64,000 nucleotides of DNA, taken from positions 3,175-67,174 of the forward strand of contig JAGVWE010000006.1 in the NCBI GenBank assembly GCA_018304425.1, written 5' to 3'. Under the pieces are notes generated by a model. That model saw only the letters and a program-made list of their open reading frames with translations. It was not told the origin of the DNA and ran no database searches. Origin of the DNA: Candidatus Iainarchaeum sp. (GTDB taxonomy: Archaea > Iainarchaeota > Iainarchaeia > Iainarchaeales > UBA10219). Within the stretch, counting starts at the first letter, position 1, and each line of letters starts with the position of its first letter. Made by a program: the position numbers and the translations under genes. Below are positions 27,630 to 36,958 of this stretch, in pieces.

Positions 27630-28835
27630 TCAAAAAAAGTAGTAGTGGGCGAGAAAGGCCAGCAGGATGAGGTAAGCGGGGCCATACAGATAGTGCGGGC
27701 TCCGCTTGAATCGTTCAGCGAATTGTTTCAAGCCGAGCAGGAAGAAGGCGGGGGCGAAGGGAATGAAGTCCAGCCAGCGCCGACCGTATTGGGCGAAACC
27801 CACTGGCACTTCGTAGGTGAGTTGCCAGAACACCATGACGGCAAAGACCGTGAGGCCGCCCAGCAGGAACGCCCGCTGGATTTGGCTGTGCGCCCGGAAG
27901 CGTGCAAGGAACAACGCGAAGCCCAGCAGGGAAGCCAGGGCCAGCAGGAACAAGGCCGCATAGAGCGCCGGGGGCGCGCTGAGTTTGGGGTCGAATTGGT
28001 TGAAGAAGTAAACGAACAAGCTGCGCAAGTAAGCCCCAATAGCGGCAGGCGTTTTTGGCACGAGTTCCAGGAAAACCGCGGTGGGCAATAAGTTTCCCGT
28101 GGATTGCTTGAAAAAAAGCATTAAGGCAAGGCTGGGAACCGCCACCACGGAGAGAAACAGCAGTCCCTGCTTGATGCCGCGCCCCCAGGCATTGGATTGA
28201 ACCTTGTTCTTGTACGCGAACAGGCTTACCGCCAGCGGAATGCTGGTAAGGGTAGTCAAATGCGTTAGGGCCAGGAGAATGGAGAGCACTGCAATGGCCA
28301 TCACTTTAGCGGTGGTGAACGCTTTTTGCCAGTTCCTGAGAAGCAGGTAGACGAGGAGGGGGTAGAGGAAGTAGACCAGGGCATAGTTGTTGGCGGTCGT
28401 GGAAAAGTAGACGTGCGTGGGCCACACGGCGAGAAACAACGCGGTTAAAATGGCAAAGGAGTGGCTGAACACTTGCTTGAGGGCATGGTAGCTGAAGGCG
28501 ATTCCGGCCACGCCAAGCAAAATGGAGAATAGCTTGAGCACCAGGAGTTGCTGGGGAAGCGCCAACGCCGTGGTCCAGAGCAGCAGGCTGGCGCCGACAA
28601 CGTAGTAGAGCGGGGGATGGAAGGCCATGATGTAGTCGCCGCCCTTTGCATTGTCCAGCGTAAAGAGGGTTTTCTCCAGGGCCACGTGCGTCATGTACTG
28701 GAGGCTCGAACCCTCATCCTGGTTGCCCACCATTTGGCCGACCTGGCTGAAGGGAAAGGGCAAAAGCGCGACCCGTAAGAGAAAAGCGAAGAAGAGGACA
28801 AGTGCAAGGGTTTTTTGCTCCCGGGTCAAAGACAT
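27630..28835 (-). CDS. Polytopic membrane protein, GT-C-like (DE motif)
   Basis: QMVGNQDEGSSLQYMTHVALE is a DE motif in loop 1. 401 aa with more than 10 TM helices. Confidence 0.55.
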   Translation of the reverse strand: MSLTREQKTLALVLFFAFLLRVALLPFPFSQVGQMVGNQDEGSSLQYMTHVALEKTLFTLDNAKGGDYIMAFHPPLYYVVGASLLLWTTALALPQQLLVLKLFSILLGVAGIAFSYHALKQVFSHSFAILTALFLAVWPTHVYFSTTANNYALVYFLYPLLVYLLLRNWQKAFTTAKVMAIAVLSILLALTHLTTLTSIPLAVSLFAYKNKVQSNAWGRGIKQGLLFLSVVAVPSLALMLFFKQSTGNLLPTAVFLELVPKTPAAIGAYLRSLFVYFFNQFDPKLSAPPALYAALFLLALASLLGFALFLARFRAHSQIQRAFLLGGLTVFAVMVFWQLTYEVPVGFAQYGRRWLDFIPFAPAFFLLGLKQFAERFKRSPHYLYGPAYLILLAFLAHYYFF

Positions 28836-28890
28836 GCTGCATTATTGGGAGGTTTTACATTTAAAAAGCCAAGGGCACGAAAGCCACGCG

Positions 28891-30189
28891 TTATTTTTTG
28901 AGCAGGGAAACGATTTGCAATACCACGATGACTGCTCCTATCACTACTAGGACGAGGACTAATGGAGAGGACCAGAGGTCTTGGGTGGGGGGAGGGGTTG
29001 CTTGGCCGCCGACGACTTTGAGGCAGATGCCGCCCTGGCAGCTGGCGCCTTCCGCGCACTTGGTGCCGTCGATGGCGGCCGCGTACGCGCAGGCATTGTC
29101 TTTACAGAGGTCAATGGTGCAGGGGTTGTTGTCGTTGCAGGAAAGGCCGCCGCAGAGTGCTTGGCTGACGACTAGTTGCTTGCCAGGGAGCTCCGCGGTT
29201 TCCTTTTCCTCAACCGGGACGGTTTCCTTGGTCTCGGCAGGCTCCGGGGAAGCAGGTTCGCTTGCCGCTGCGCCTTCGCACGCGCCTTCCCTACATACAC
29301 CCACGCTGCAGGCGATGCCGTTCGGCAGGGGCCCAGTCACGCATTGGCCTTCAAAGCAGCCGTCGGCCGTGCACTCGTTGCCGTCGTCGCAAACGATGTT
29401 CTCACAGGAGGGCTTTGCGCCTGAGTCGTCGAACAAGGCGTAGGGGGTTTCGGCTGCGTTCACCGTGAAGGTCACCGAATTGGTTATATGGTTTAGAACG
29501 AAACCGCTGATTTCCTGCCAGGAATCGTTCTTGAATTTGAATGGCTTGATGGTTTTTTCGCTGACCTTGACCTGGCTCTCATCATAATTGAGTGTGATGG
29601 TGGGCTGCACGCTGCCTTGAATGGAAATTTCGTAGCCAGTCAGGAAATGCCACTCCGGGGCCATAGAATCCAGTTCCGGCAGGGCCGTGGTTATTTTTTC
29701 TATTTTTCCCAATTGTGCCTTGGTTTCCTTTTCGCTGGAAAGCGCAATCTGCAAATCCGAGCCGAAAATCAGGATTTGCGGCTTGGTGGGGCTCACCGAA
29801 ACTTCTTTTATGCCGGCTTCGATAGCCTGCTGGGCGGATATTTCCACAGGCACCGACAAATCAAGTTTCAGGCTGGCTCCATTGTCGAACTTGATGGTTT
29901 CATTCGCTTTAATGCCGTTTACAAAAAACTCTACCGTCGTATTCCGTCGCACACCATCTGGGTCACGGATGAAAAACAAGGCCGGGCTATAGCCATATTT
30001 GCTTTGGTACACGCCGCCATTGGCGACTTCCTGTCCATCGATGCGCGCCGAGACCAGCATACCGTCCAGGGCAGGGCCGTTCAAGAATTTGACTTCCCCG
30101 AAGTATTGGGCCGGCACGCCCGGAATGGCGTATGCGAGGCCAAAAAAGAATAATACCAACGCCAAGGGCAGGAGGTGCTTGATATTCAT
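28891..30189 (-). CDS. Secreted cell-surface protein with Cys-rich repeats and C-terminal membrane anchor
   Basis: N-terminal signal peptide. Two CxDxNxCTxDxC-type Cys-rich repeats, a Pro/Glu/Thr linker, then C-terminal TM LVLVLVVIGAVIVVLQIVSLLKK. Confidence 0.6.
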   Translation of the reverse strand: MNIKHLLPLALVLFFFGLAYAIPGVPAQYFGEVKFLNGPALDGMLVSARIDGQEVANGGVYQSKYGYSPALFFIRDPDGVRRNTTVEFFVNGIKANETIKFDNGASLKLDLSVPVEISAQQAIEAGIKEVSVSPTKPQILIFGSDLQIALSSEKETKAQLGKIEKITTALPELDSMAPEWHFLTGYEISIQGSVQPTITLNYDESQVKVSEKTIKPFKFKNDSWQEISGFVLNHITNSVTFTVNAAETPYALFDDSGAKPSCENIVCDDGNECTADGCFEGQCVTGPLPNGIACSVGVCREGACEGAAASEPASPEPAETKETVPVEEKETAELPGKQLVVSQALCGGLSCNDNNPCTIDLCKDNACAYAAAIDGTKCAEGASCQGGICLKVVGGQATPPPTQDLWSSPLVLVLVVIGAVIVVLQIVSLLKK

Positions 30190-30198
30190 ATGCGCACC

Positions 30199-32634
30199 TT
30201 AGACGGCAGGGCAGACCGAGGTTGGCACGGGTGCATAGATGTAGGCGTTGGCGACCAGTCCTGAAGTAAGTCCTGGGATGAGGAACCAGTAGCCCTTTCC
30301 GTCCTGTAGTTTGCTGCTGACTAAGTCGCCTACCGAGGTGAGAGTTGAACCAGTATAGGTCAGCAACTGCGTCCACGGGATGCGGAGGATGCCATCGCTG
30401 CCGTTGTTTACGATTCTGCCCAAAACGCATCTTACGGTCTGGTCAACTGAATTGTAGTGGCCGATGAGGTTCCACCCGAAGTTCAAGCGCCTGCTGGGGA
30501 ACGTGTTGGGGCCCTGCAGGAACAAGCTACCTGAACCGCTTAACGTGTTAGCGTCAGCCATGTTCACCCAGTAGCCGTAACCGGCCGTCATGGAACTGAG
30601 GCAACCGGCAGAAGCGGCACTGCACGGATTGGCTGGGTTGAAGGAACGCCAGCCGTCCACGGCATTGGAGTCAAAGGAGTCATAACTCCAAACCGATGTG
30701 ACGTCGCTTAAAATCGAGGCCAAGACCTTGGAGATGTTGGTGTCGGCTGGCACTTCAGGCAACGAGGCCAGGTTCCACCCAGCAGACAAACTGAGACTAT
30801 AGGCGTTTGCAGTCGTGAAATTCCATTCTTTTTGTTCCGCCAAAGCATTGCTGGCCGAATCCGTTACCGTGGTCTTCACTCGCACGGTGTAGGTGGTGCC
30901 AGTATTCAAATCGGGGCTTGGGTCAAAGGTGGCCACATTGTTGTTCGCGTTGAGCGTAATCGTGCCAGCTATGAGGCTCACGCCATTGTTCACGTCGATG
31001 CCGTTTTGGACGCTGCTCGCGTTCATGGCCTCGCTGAACGTAACCACGATGTTGGCCGTGGAAGCCACGCCCTGCTGACCTTCAAATGGGCTGACGGAGG
31101 TAATCGTTGGAGGCGTGGTGTCGCTCACGGTTTCAATCCATAGCTTTCCAATGGCGCTACCGTTTCCAGCCAGGTCAGAGGCATTGAAGTCATATTGGAT
31201 GTTTCCGTCAACCGTCTGGAAGATGTAATGTGTTCCGCCAGAAACCGTGTTGAAATCGCTTGTCGAATACCTATAATAGCTCGTCATGTTGACGCCGGAA
31301 GTGGCATCGGTGCACGTCAGCGTGACTTTCTGTGGCGGGGCCGCCCAAGAATAATCGCTACTGTCCTGCGCCGTACTGGAGCCATCGTTGACGTTTACGT
31401 CAATGAAATAATTGCCGTCAGTTACGTTTGGACTTACCGTATTCCACGCATAGTTCACGTCATATTGTCTAGACGTGTTGCCGTCAAAGTTAAATATAGT
31501 CACATTGTTTTTGTCTAGATTCGTGACCTGGAATGAATTCACGTAAGTGTCATAGCCTCCACCTTGCCTTGCAGTCGCTCCGAAAAATCCACGTGTGCCC
31601 CACTTAAGCGCAACATTCAAACTCCCCAAATAGTTCCAGTCCGTTCCTGTGTCCCCCCAGTAAAACTCAAGGTTGTTACCGTCATGGTAAGTCGACGAAT
31701 TATGCTCGTTCACGATTAGCTTCAAGTACACCGCTTTGTTGTAATCCCATCCACCGCCATTTGCAATAAAACCACCCGTGACCGATTTAATCACCGTATA
31801 AGTACTTTGGTTTCCACCGGACGCAGTCCAATCGAGTTTACGCAAAGCAAATTCAAGGGAGCCATACCCATTATAGGTGGTAGCTTGGAAGGCATATCCG
31901 TTTTTCTTGGCATCATCCTTTCCCCCAGCAAAGAAAATACCAGCACTATTGAGGGCGTGGTTTGAAAGCGAGGAACTGTCAGGCCTAACCTTCATCACAT
32001 ATTCTGCGCTGGCTATGTTGAAATCCTCTGTGAAGGGCGTGAAAACCACGATGGCGTGCCCACCATGCCCGGTGTTATTGCACGGTCCTGCGCTCACATT
32101 ACCATCATCACCACCGAGATAAAGCGCATTTCCCGAACCAGGCATTGAAACCCGGCGCGCATTTCCACAATCATATTGGTATGTTTTGTCAGAAAAGTTT
32201 GAGTTGGAGTCAACAGCATTAAAGTCTTGGAACCAAGTCTTGTTCAAGCCCACATTGAAGTCTTGTGAGATTAGGTTTTGCCGCGTGCCAGCAGTTGACG
32301 AATAATAGAGGCTTGCGCTTAACTCAGCACTTGGATTGCTACCTGCATCGAGCTTAAAATTGACTGGGTGCGTAGGATTTCTAGAAGCGATGTAAATGCC
32401 GGGTGTGTTGGGGGAACTGACGGTAACCGCTGCATAAACAAATCCGATGAATAAAATTGTGAATAGCGCAACCCCTAGGTCCCTTGAGACTTTGATTTTC
32501 CCCCACCTTAGTGCCAATGTGAACAGCAAAGCGAATAAAAGGGGATTGGTTGGTGCTGGAATATAAGACATGTGAAAGGCATAAGCAACTTGGGGCAAAG
32601 GCAGAATAGTCGATGGAAAGATAAGTGCGAGCAA
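30199..32634 (-). CDS. Large sequon-rich surface (S-layer-like) glycoprotein with Ig-like domain
   Basis: 811 aa with an N-terminal hydrophobic anchor/signal. I counted about 16 N-x-S/T sequons by hand. PPTITSVSPFEGQQGVASTANIVVTFSEAMNASSV resembles SbsA/Big-type Ig-like domains. Confidence 0.6.
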   Translation of the reverse strand: MLALIFPSTILPLPQVAYAFHMSYIPAPTNPLLFALLFTLALRWGKIKVSRDLGVALFTILFIGFVYAAVTVSSPNTPGIYIASRNPTHPVNFKLDAGSNPSAELSASLYYSSTAGTRQNLISQDFNVGLNKTWFQDFNAVDSNSNFSDKTYQYDCGNARRVSMPGSGNALYLGGDDGNVSAGPCNNTGHGGHAIVVFTPFTEDFNIASAEYVMKVRPDSSSLSNHALNSAGIFFAGGKDDAKKNGYAFQATTYNGYGSLEFALRKLDWTASGGNQSTYTVIKSVTGGFIANGGGWDYNKAVYLKLIVNEHNSSTYHDGNNLEFYWGDTGTDWNYLGSLNVALKWGTRGFFGATARQGGGYDTYVNSFQVTNLDKNNVTIFNFDGNTSRQYDVNYAWNTVSPNVTDGNYFIDVNVNDGSSTAQDSSDYSWAAPPQKVTLTCTDATSGVNMTSYYRYSTSDFNTVSGGTHYIFQTVDGNIQYDFNASDLAGNGSAIGKLWIETVSDTTPPTITSVSPFEGQQGVASTANIVVTFSEAMNASSVQNGIDVNNGVSLIAGTITLNANNNVATFDPSPDLNTGTTYTVRVKTTVTDSASNALAEQKEWNFTTANAYSLSLSAGWNLASLPEVPADTNISKVLASILSDVTSVWSYDSFDSNAVDGWRSFNPANPCSAASAGCLSSMTAGYGYWVNMADANTLSGSGSLFLQGPNTFPSRRLNFGWNLIGHYNSVDQTVRCVLGRIVNNGSDGILRIPWTQLLTYTGSTLTSVGDLVSSKLQDGKGYWFLIPGLTSGLVANAYIYAPVPTSVCPAV

Positions 32635-32638
32635 GTGG

Positions 32639-33385
32639 TTGCCGGCGTATTTTGACGTGCCAAATGACGACGCCTTGCTGAACCTGGGTTCGGGTTATGG
32701 TGCACAGAACGTGGTGTTCGGCCCGCTGGTCAAGCACATTGTGTGCGTGGACATCGCCAAGCACCGGCATCTGGAAGCGCGCACGAACGAGGCGCGGTTT
32801 GGGGTCAGGCACTGCGCGTACGTGGTGGCGGACGCCTGCCGTCTGCCATTGAAGAAAAATGCGTGCGCGAAAGCCATTGCCTGCGACGTTATCGAGCATG
32901 TGGATAACGTGCCGGCATTCTTGGCCGAAGCCCAGCGGGCGATGAAGCCGGGCGGCAAGCTGTTGTTGACGGTGCCAGCCTTGCACGAGTTCTATAAGGA
33001 CGTGTCCGGCTTCTTCGGCGACATCCTGCGTGCATTGAAGATTTTGAAACCAACTGAGACCACCCATGCAGACCTTCACAACCAGGTCCATTCGATGCAG
33101 GAATGGCTGCGGCTCGTTCGCGAAGCCGGATTCGAAGTCGAGGACGCACGAGCTTCCACGATGTTCCCGCCCCTTCACTGGTTTGGGGTGCCAAGGTTCT
33201 GGTCCTCGAACAAATGGGTGCGTGCAGTCGACGACTTCTTCTGCCGTCTGCCGGGGTTCAAATGGCTGGGCCAGGCGGCCGTGTTCGAGTTGAAAGCTGC
33301 TCAATCACAAGTGGGCAAGTTGGCTGGCGTTGTCGTGAACGCCAAGCCACAGAAGCCAAACGAATTTAAGGCGAACGCCCAATAA
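32639..33385 (+). CDS. Class I SAM-dependent methyltransferase
   Basis: LNLGSGYGAQN (motif I) ... VIEHVDN ... PGGKLLL matches the type-11 MTase pattern. Confidence 0.75.
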   Translation: MPAYFDVPNDDALLNLGSGYGAQNVVFGPLVKHIVCVDIAKHRHLEARTNEARFGVRHCAYVVADACRLPLKKNACAKAIACDVIEHVDNVPAFLAEAQRAMKPGGKLLLTVPALHEFYKDVSGFFGDILRALKILKPTETTHADLHNQVHSMQEWLRLVREAGFEVEDARASTMFPPLHWFGVPRFWSSNKWVRAVDDFFCRLPGFKWLGQAAVFELKAAQSQVGKLAGVVVNAKPQKPNEFKANAQ

Positions 33386-33395
33386 ATCCAGCAGT

Positions 33396-34859
33396 ATGCC
33401 CTATGAAAAAGTCTTGAAGGGGGCGTCACTGCTGACGCTCTCCAATTTTGTTGGCGGGATCCTGTCATTGGCTCAATTGATACTGGTTGCGAGGGTGCTT
33501 ACAATCACAGCGTTTGGAATATTTTCCCTTGTTACCGCCATTGCCCAGCTCGCTTCCGAACTTGTCCTTCCCGCCTTTTCACAGGCTGTCCTCACCCACT
33601 ATTCCAAATTCGCTTTACGGGGAAGGGGCGAGGTAAGCAAATTCATGGCCTCAACCATGCTTCTGACTATTGCCTGTTCCATAGTCGTAATGGGAACTCT
33701 TCTGCTTTTGTCTGGCTTTGTTGCGAACAATCTCTACAATGAACCGGCTATCTTGCCTTATCTGACTTTGGCGGCTTTCCTTGTTGTCCTTGTTCCTGCC
33801 AGCAACAATCTTGAAGCGTTTCTTCTGGCTATGGAACGCTTCAAAGCGTACTCCGCGCTCACGATTCTCCTGCCTCTAATGTCTCTTGTCCTGTCGGCTG
33901 CTGCCGCCATTGGAGGGCTTGGAATTACAGGGTTTGTTTTGGCCTTGGTAGTGTCCCAAGCAATCAACCTCGGCACCATCCTGCTGCTATTAAGGAACCA
34001 TTTCACGTTAAGGGGCCTTGAAATACCCCGGCAGACCATCAAGTTTTGGCTGCCCATTGGCGCCGGCGCCGTCGTTAAATCGGTGCAGGGAAGCCTGCCG
34101 GCGCTTATTATCGGAAAAATACTGGGCTTGGAGGCAGTGGCCTTCTATGGACTTGCCCGGAAGACGGCACAAATCGTCCCCTCCATTACAGACCCCTACA
34201 TTACCAGCATAACCGTTGTCTGCCTCAACGTTTACACCAGGGCGAGGAACAAATTTGATGACCTCCTTAACCTTGGAATAAAGCATTTGGCTGTTTTGGT
34301 TTTTTATTTGGCTGGCGCGTTTATTTTGTTGGCCGACAAAATCATTCTCCTCTTTTACGGCCAAAAATATGCTCCCATCATTTACGTGGCGATCTTCATT
34401 GCATTCGCTCTTGCGGTCATCCAGTCCGGCTTCTTTCTTAGAATCGTCTTGTTCCCAAGAAATGCATCAAAAGATTATCTAATGGCATCCATCCTCAGCC
34501 TCGTGGCCCAAGTTGCATTATTGTCAACCATGCCGCTTTACTTTGGTTTAAACGGTATAGGCTACAGCGAGCTGCTGCGTGGTGTAACCCTGTTCATGAT
34601 TGCCATGGCATTCGCGAAAAAACACGGCCAGCAGATTAAGGTCAGCAATATCTTAATTCCAATGGGGTTGTGCCTGGCATTGCTCGGACTGGTGGGTCTG
34701 CTGCCAGTCAACGAAATATTGGCAGCCGCCTCCTTTACCGCCCTATATTCGCTGTTCCTCATTGGCACGGGCTTCATCAGCTATGCGGAGTTGAAGAAAA
34801 CCCTCGCAACGGCCTTCCGGAAACTTACAGGGAATGGTTTCCCTCCCACACCCTATTAA
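33396..34859 (+). CDS. Wzx-like oligosaccharide flippase (MOP/polysaccharide biosynthesis protein family)
   Basis: 487 aa with about 12-14 TM helices. N-terminal LLTLSNFVGGILSLAQLILVARVL is typical of Wzx/PST flippases. Confidence 0.75.
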   Translation: MPYEKVLKGASLLTLSNFVGGILSLAQLILVARVLTITAFGIFSLVTAIAQLASELVLPAFSQAVLTHYSKFALRGRGEVSKFMASTMLLTIACSIVVMGTLLLLSGFVANNLYNEPAILPYLTLAAFLVVLVPASNNLEAFLLAMERFKAYSALTILLPLMSLVLSAAAAIGGLGITGFVLALVVSQAINLGTILLLLRNHFTLRGLEIPRQTIKFWLPIGAGAVVKSVQGSLPALIIGKILGLEAVAFYGLARKTAQIVPSITDPYITSITVVCLNVYTRARNKFDDLLNLGIKHLAVLVFYLAGAFILLADKIILLFYGQKYAPIIYVAIFIAFALAVIQSGFFLRIVLFPRNASKDYLMASILSLVAQVALLSTMPLYFGLNGIGYSELLRGVTLFMIAMAFAKKHGQQIKVSNILIPMGLCLALLGLVGLLPVNEILAAASFTALYSLFLIGTGFISYAELKKTLATAFRKLTGNGFPPTPY

Positions 34860-34862
34860 GCC

Positions 34863-36002
34863 TCACATCACGGATTCGTATACTTCCAGCGTCTTCTTGG
34901 CAATGACCCCCCAATCATGGTTTTTGACCACGTATTCCCTTGCCGCCCTTCCCAGCCTCGATTTCCTGGCATCATCGCCCAGCAGGCCAGCAATGGCCTC
35001 GGAAAGGGCATTAATTTTTTCAACCGGCAAAGAAGCCGGCGGCAGATAATTGGATGCATGGGAGTCAAACAAATCCACCAGCATGCCACGCTCGTCGTCG
35101 CCCAGCAAGCCAGGGAAAGCACCCACCGCACTTGCAACCACTGCCTTCTGCATGGACATGGCCTCCAAACAACTTAGGCTCGTGGACTCCGCGCTTGAAG
35201 GAAACACCACGACATCGGCTTGAGCAAAAAACGGGGTCAGGTCTTCGTTTTGGATTGCGCCCCTGAAAGAAACATGCTCGTTCACACCCAACTCAAGGAC
35301 TCTTTGCTTGAGGCTTGCCGCAAGCGGGCCATCCCCGATAATCACGAAACGGGTTTCCGGGGCTTCCCGCAAAATCCCGGGAATAGCTTCCACGAGGAAC
35401 TGGATACCCGTTTTCGGCACCAGCCTCCGCACAGCCAAAACAATTCTTTCAGAAGAAGCCTTCCGAGCCTGGTTCCGTGGAGGGGCAAAGAGGGCAGTGT
35501 CCACTCCATTGGGGATGTCGAACACCTTTTCCTTTGGTGCGAACCTTTGAGCCACCCCGGTTAATTCCGGGCTGGTGGAGATAATGGCGTCAGCGGCTTC
35601 CAATGAATAACGCCGGAAAAATTTGTACGTCAGGCGATTGAAGAATGGATAATACTCACGGTCAAGGGTTCCCAAGCCATGAAGCGTCAGGACCAGGGGC
35701 AGGCGAAGTTTTTTGCACACGGGCACGGCCATTGCGCTGAGCCGATGCGAGTAATGGGAGTGGACGAGGTTGGCTTCCGAGCAGAAACCTGTGAGTTTTT
35801 GGTGGTGGTTGAGCAGGCCCTGTAGGCTTGGCTTCCACGGCACTCGAGTAACCGGAAAATCGGAGGGACAGTCTTCGATGGTGTTGGTGAAAAGTCGAAT
35901 GTCATGGTTGAGCTTCAATAACTCGCGGGTGAGATAGTAAATGTGCAGCTCTGCTCCGCCAATGAGGGGCAAATAGCTTTCCGCCAGCATGGAAACCTTC
36001 AT
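34863..36002 (-). CDS. Family 4 glycosyltransferase
   Basis: LIGGAELH N-terminus and a C-terminal E-x7-E-like GT-B motif. Confidence 0.85.
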   Translation of the reverse strand: MKVSMLAESYLPLIGGAELHIYYLTRELLKLNHDIRLFTNTIEDCPSDFPVTRVPWKPSLQGLLNHHQKLTGFCSEANLVHSHYSHRLSAMAVPVCKKLRLPLVLTLHGLGTLDREYYPFFNRLTYKFFRRYSLEAADAIISTSPELTGVAQRFAPKEKVFDIPNGVDTALFAPPRNQARKASSERIVLAVRRLVPKTGIQFLVEAIPGILREAPETRFVIIGDGPLAASLKQRVLELGVNEHVSFRGAIQNEDLTPFFAQADVVVFPSSAESTSLSCLEAMSMQKAVVASAVGAFPGLLGDDERGMLVDLFDSHASNYLPPASLPVEKINALSEAIAGLLGDDARKSRLGRAAREYVVKNHDWGVIAKKTLEVYESVM

Positions 36003-36958
36003 TTTCCCACTCCTGCCACGCGATTCTGTTTTTTCAGGACGAGGTGCATGATATACCCGTCAGCTGGAAACAACAAGGAAAATAGGGAAGCAAAAAGCCT
36101 AAGCAGGCCCTGGCTGTCGTCCGCCTTGCAAAAAAAATTCTTGGTCAACTGATACTCCACAATGCATTCATTATTCAAGCCAGACACAAGGTTTTCGACC
36201 AAGAATCCTCTGCCCTTGTCCAGCTTTCCAGCGGCTGTGGGGGAATGAATATCCACCAATGCTTGAATTTCGGCATCGGTAAGCGTTTTTGGCAGGGAAA
36301 GCCTGGTTTGAATCGCGGCACGAAACCTATCGTAAATGCTGCGACCCTTTTTCCCCTGCCTGGGCCTAACCTCGGCTGCCAGCCCCCGGGCATAGCCTAC
36401 AAGCCTTGAAAAGGCCACCAGCAACCCATTTTGGGAAAAGCGCTTGTTGGGCTCATGTAGGATAAACAGTCTGCCTCCCTCTTTTAAGACCCGGCTGGCT
36501 TCTTGCAGAGACCGCCCATAGTCAGGCAAATGATGCAACACCGAAAATAAAATGATGGCATCAAAAGACCGGGAGGCAAAAGGCAAATAATCCGCGTCCA
36601 GTTTTACGAACGAAATACCTGTGGAAAAACCTTTGACCTGTTTTTCCCTGCTTTTTTTCAGCATTTGCAGGGAAATATCCCCGCAGATTAAGGCAGACCC
36701 CGTCGGGCGGCAGGCGTTGAGGGTGCTTGGCACAAAACCAGTGCCACTGCCAATGTCGAGTATAACCTGCTTGGCGGCGCCGGCAAAGAACCTCGAAAAA
36801 ATGTCTTGTGCGGTTTTCTTTTCCCCGACAAAAATCTCGTCATGGCTGCAATCATACGCATCTGCTTCGATGTCGTGAAACACCTCGTTAATCACCTTTA
36901 TTTCCGCGTCACTAAAATCCAAAACCATCCCCTCAATCCTGCCTAACCGAATCCACAA
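35999..36958 (-). CDS. Class I SAM-dependent methyltransferase
   Basis: ILDIGSGTGFV (motif I) ... ILFSVLHHL ... EGGRLFI. ATGA overlap with the downstream GT4 gene. Confidence 0.75.
   Translation of the reverse strand: MWIRLGRIEGMVLDFSDAEIKVINEVFHDIEADAYDCSHDEIFVGEKKTAQDIFSRFFAGAAKQVILDIGSGTGFVPSTLNACRPTGSALICGDISLQMLKKSREKQVKGFSTGISFVKLDADYLPFASRSFDAIILFSVLHHLPDYGRSLQEASRVLKEGGRLFILHEPNKRFSQNGLLVAFSRLVGYARGLAAEVRPRQGKKGRSIYDRFRAAIQTRLSLPKTLTDAEIQALVDIHSPTAAGKLDKGRGFLVENLVSGLNNECIVEYQLTKNFFCKADDSQGLLRLFASLFSLLFPADGYIMHLVLKKQNRVAGVGK

Noticed and set aside
27431-27670. 79-aa plus-strand ORF with a hydrophobic helix in the 226-bp gap between the Cys-knot gene and the GT-C gene
   Set aside because: It overlaps the 3' end of the minus-strand gene 27630..28835 and has no start context. 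It is probably spurious, but not excluded.
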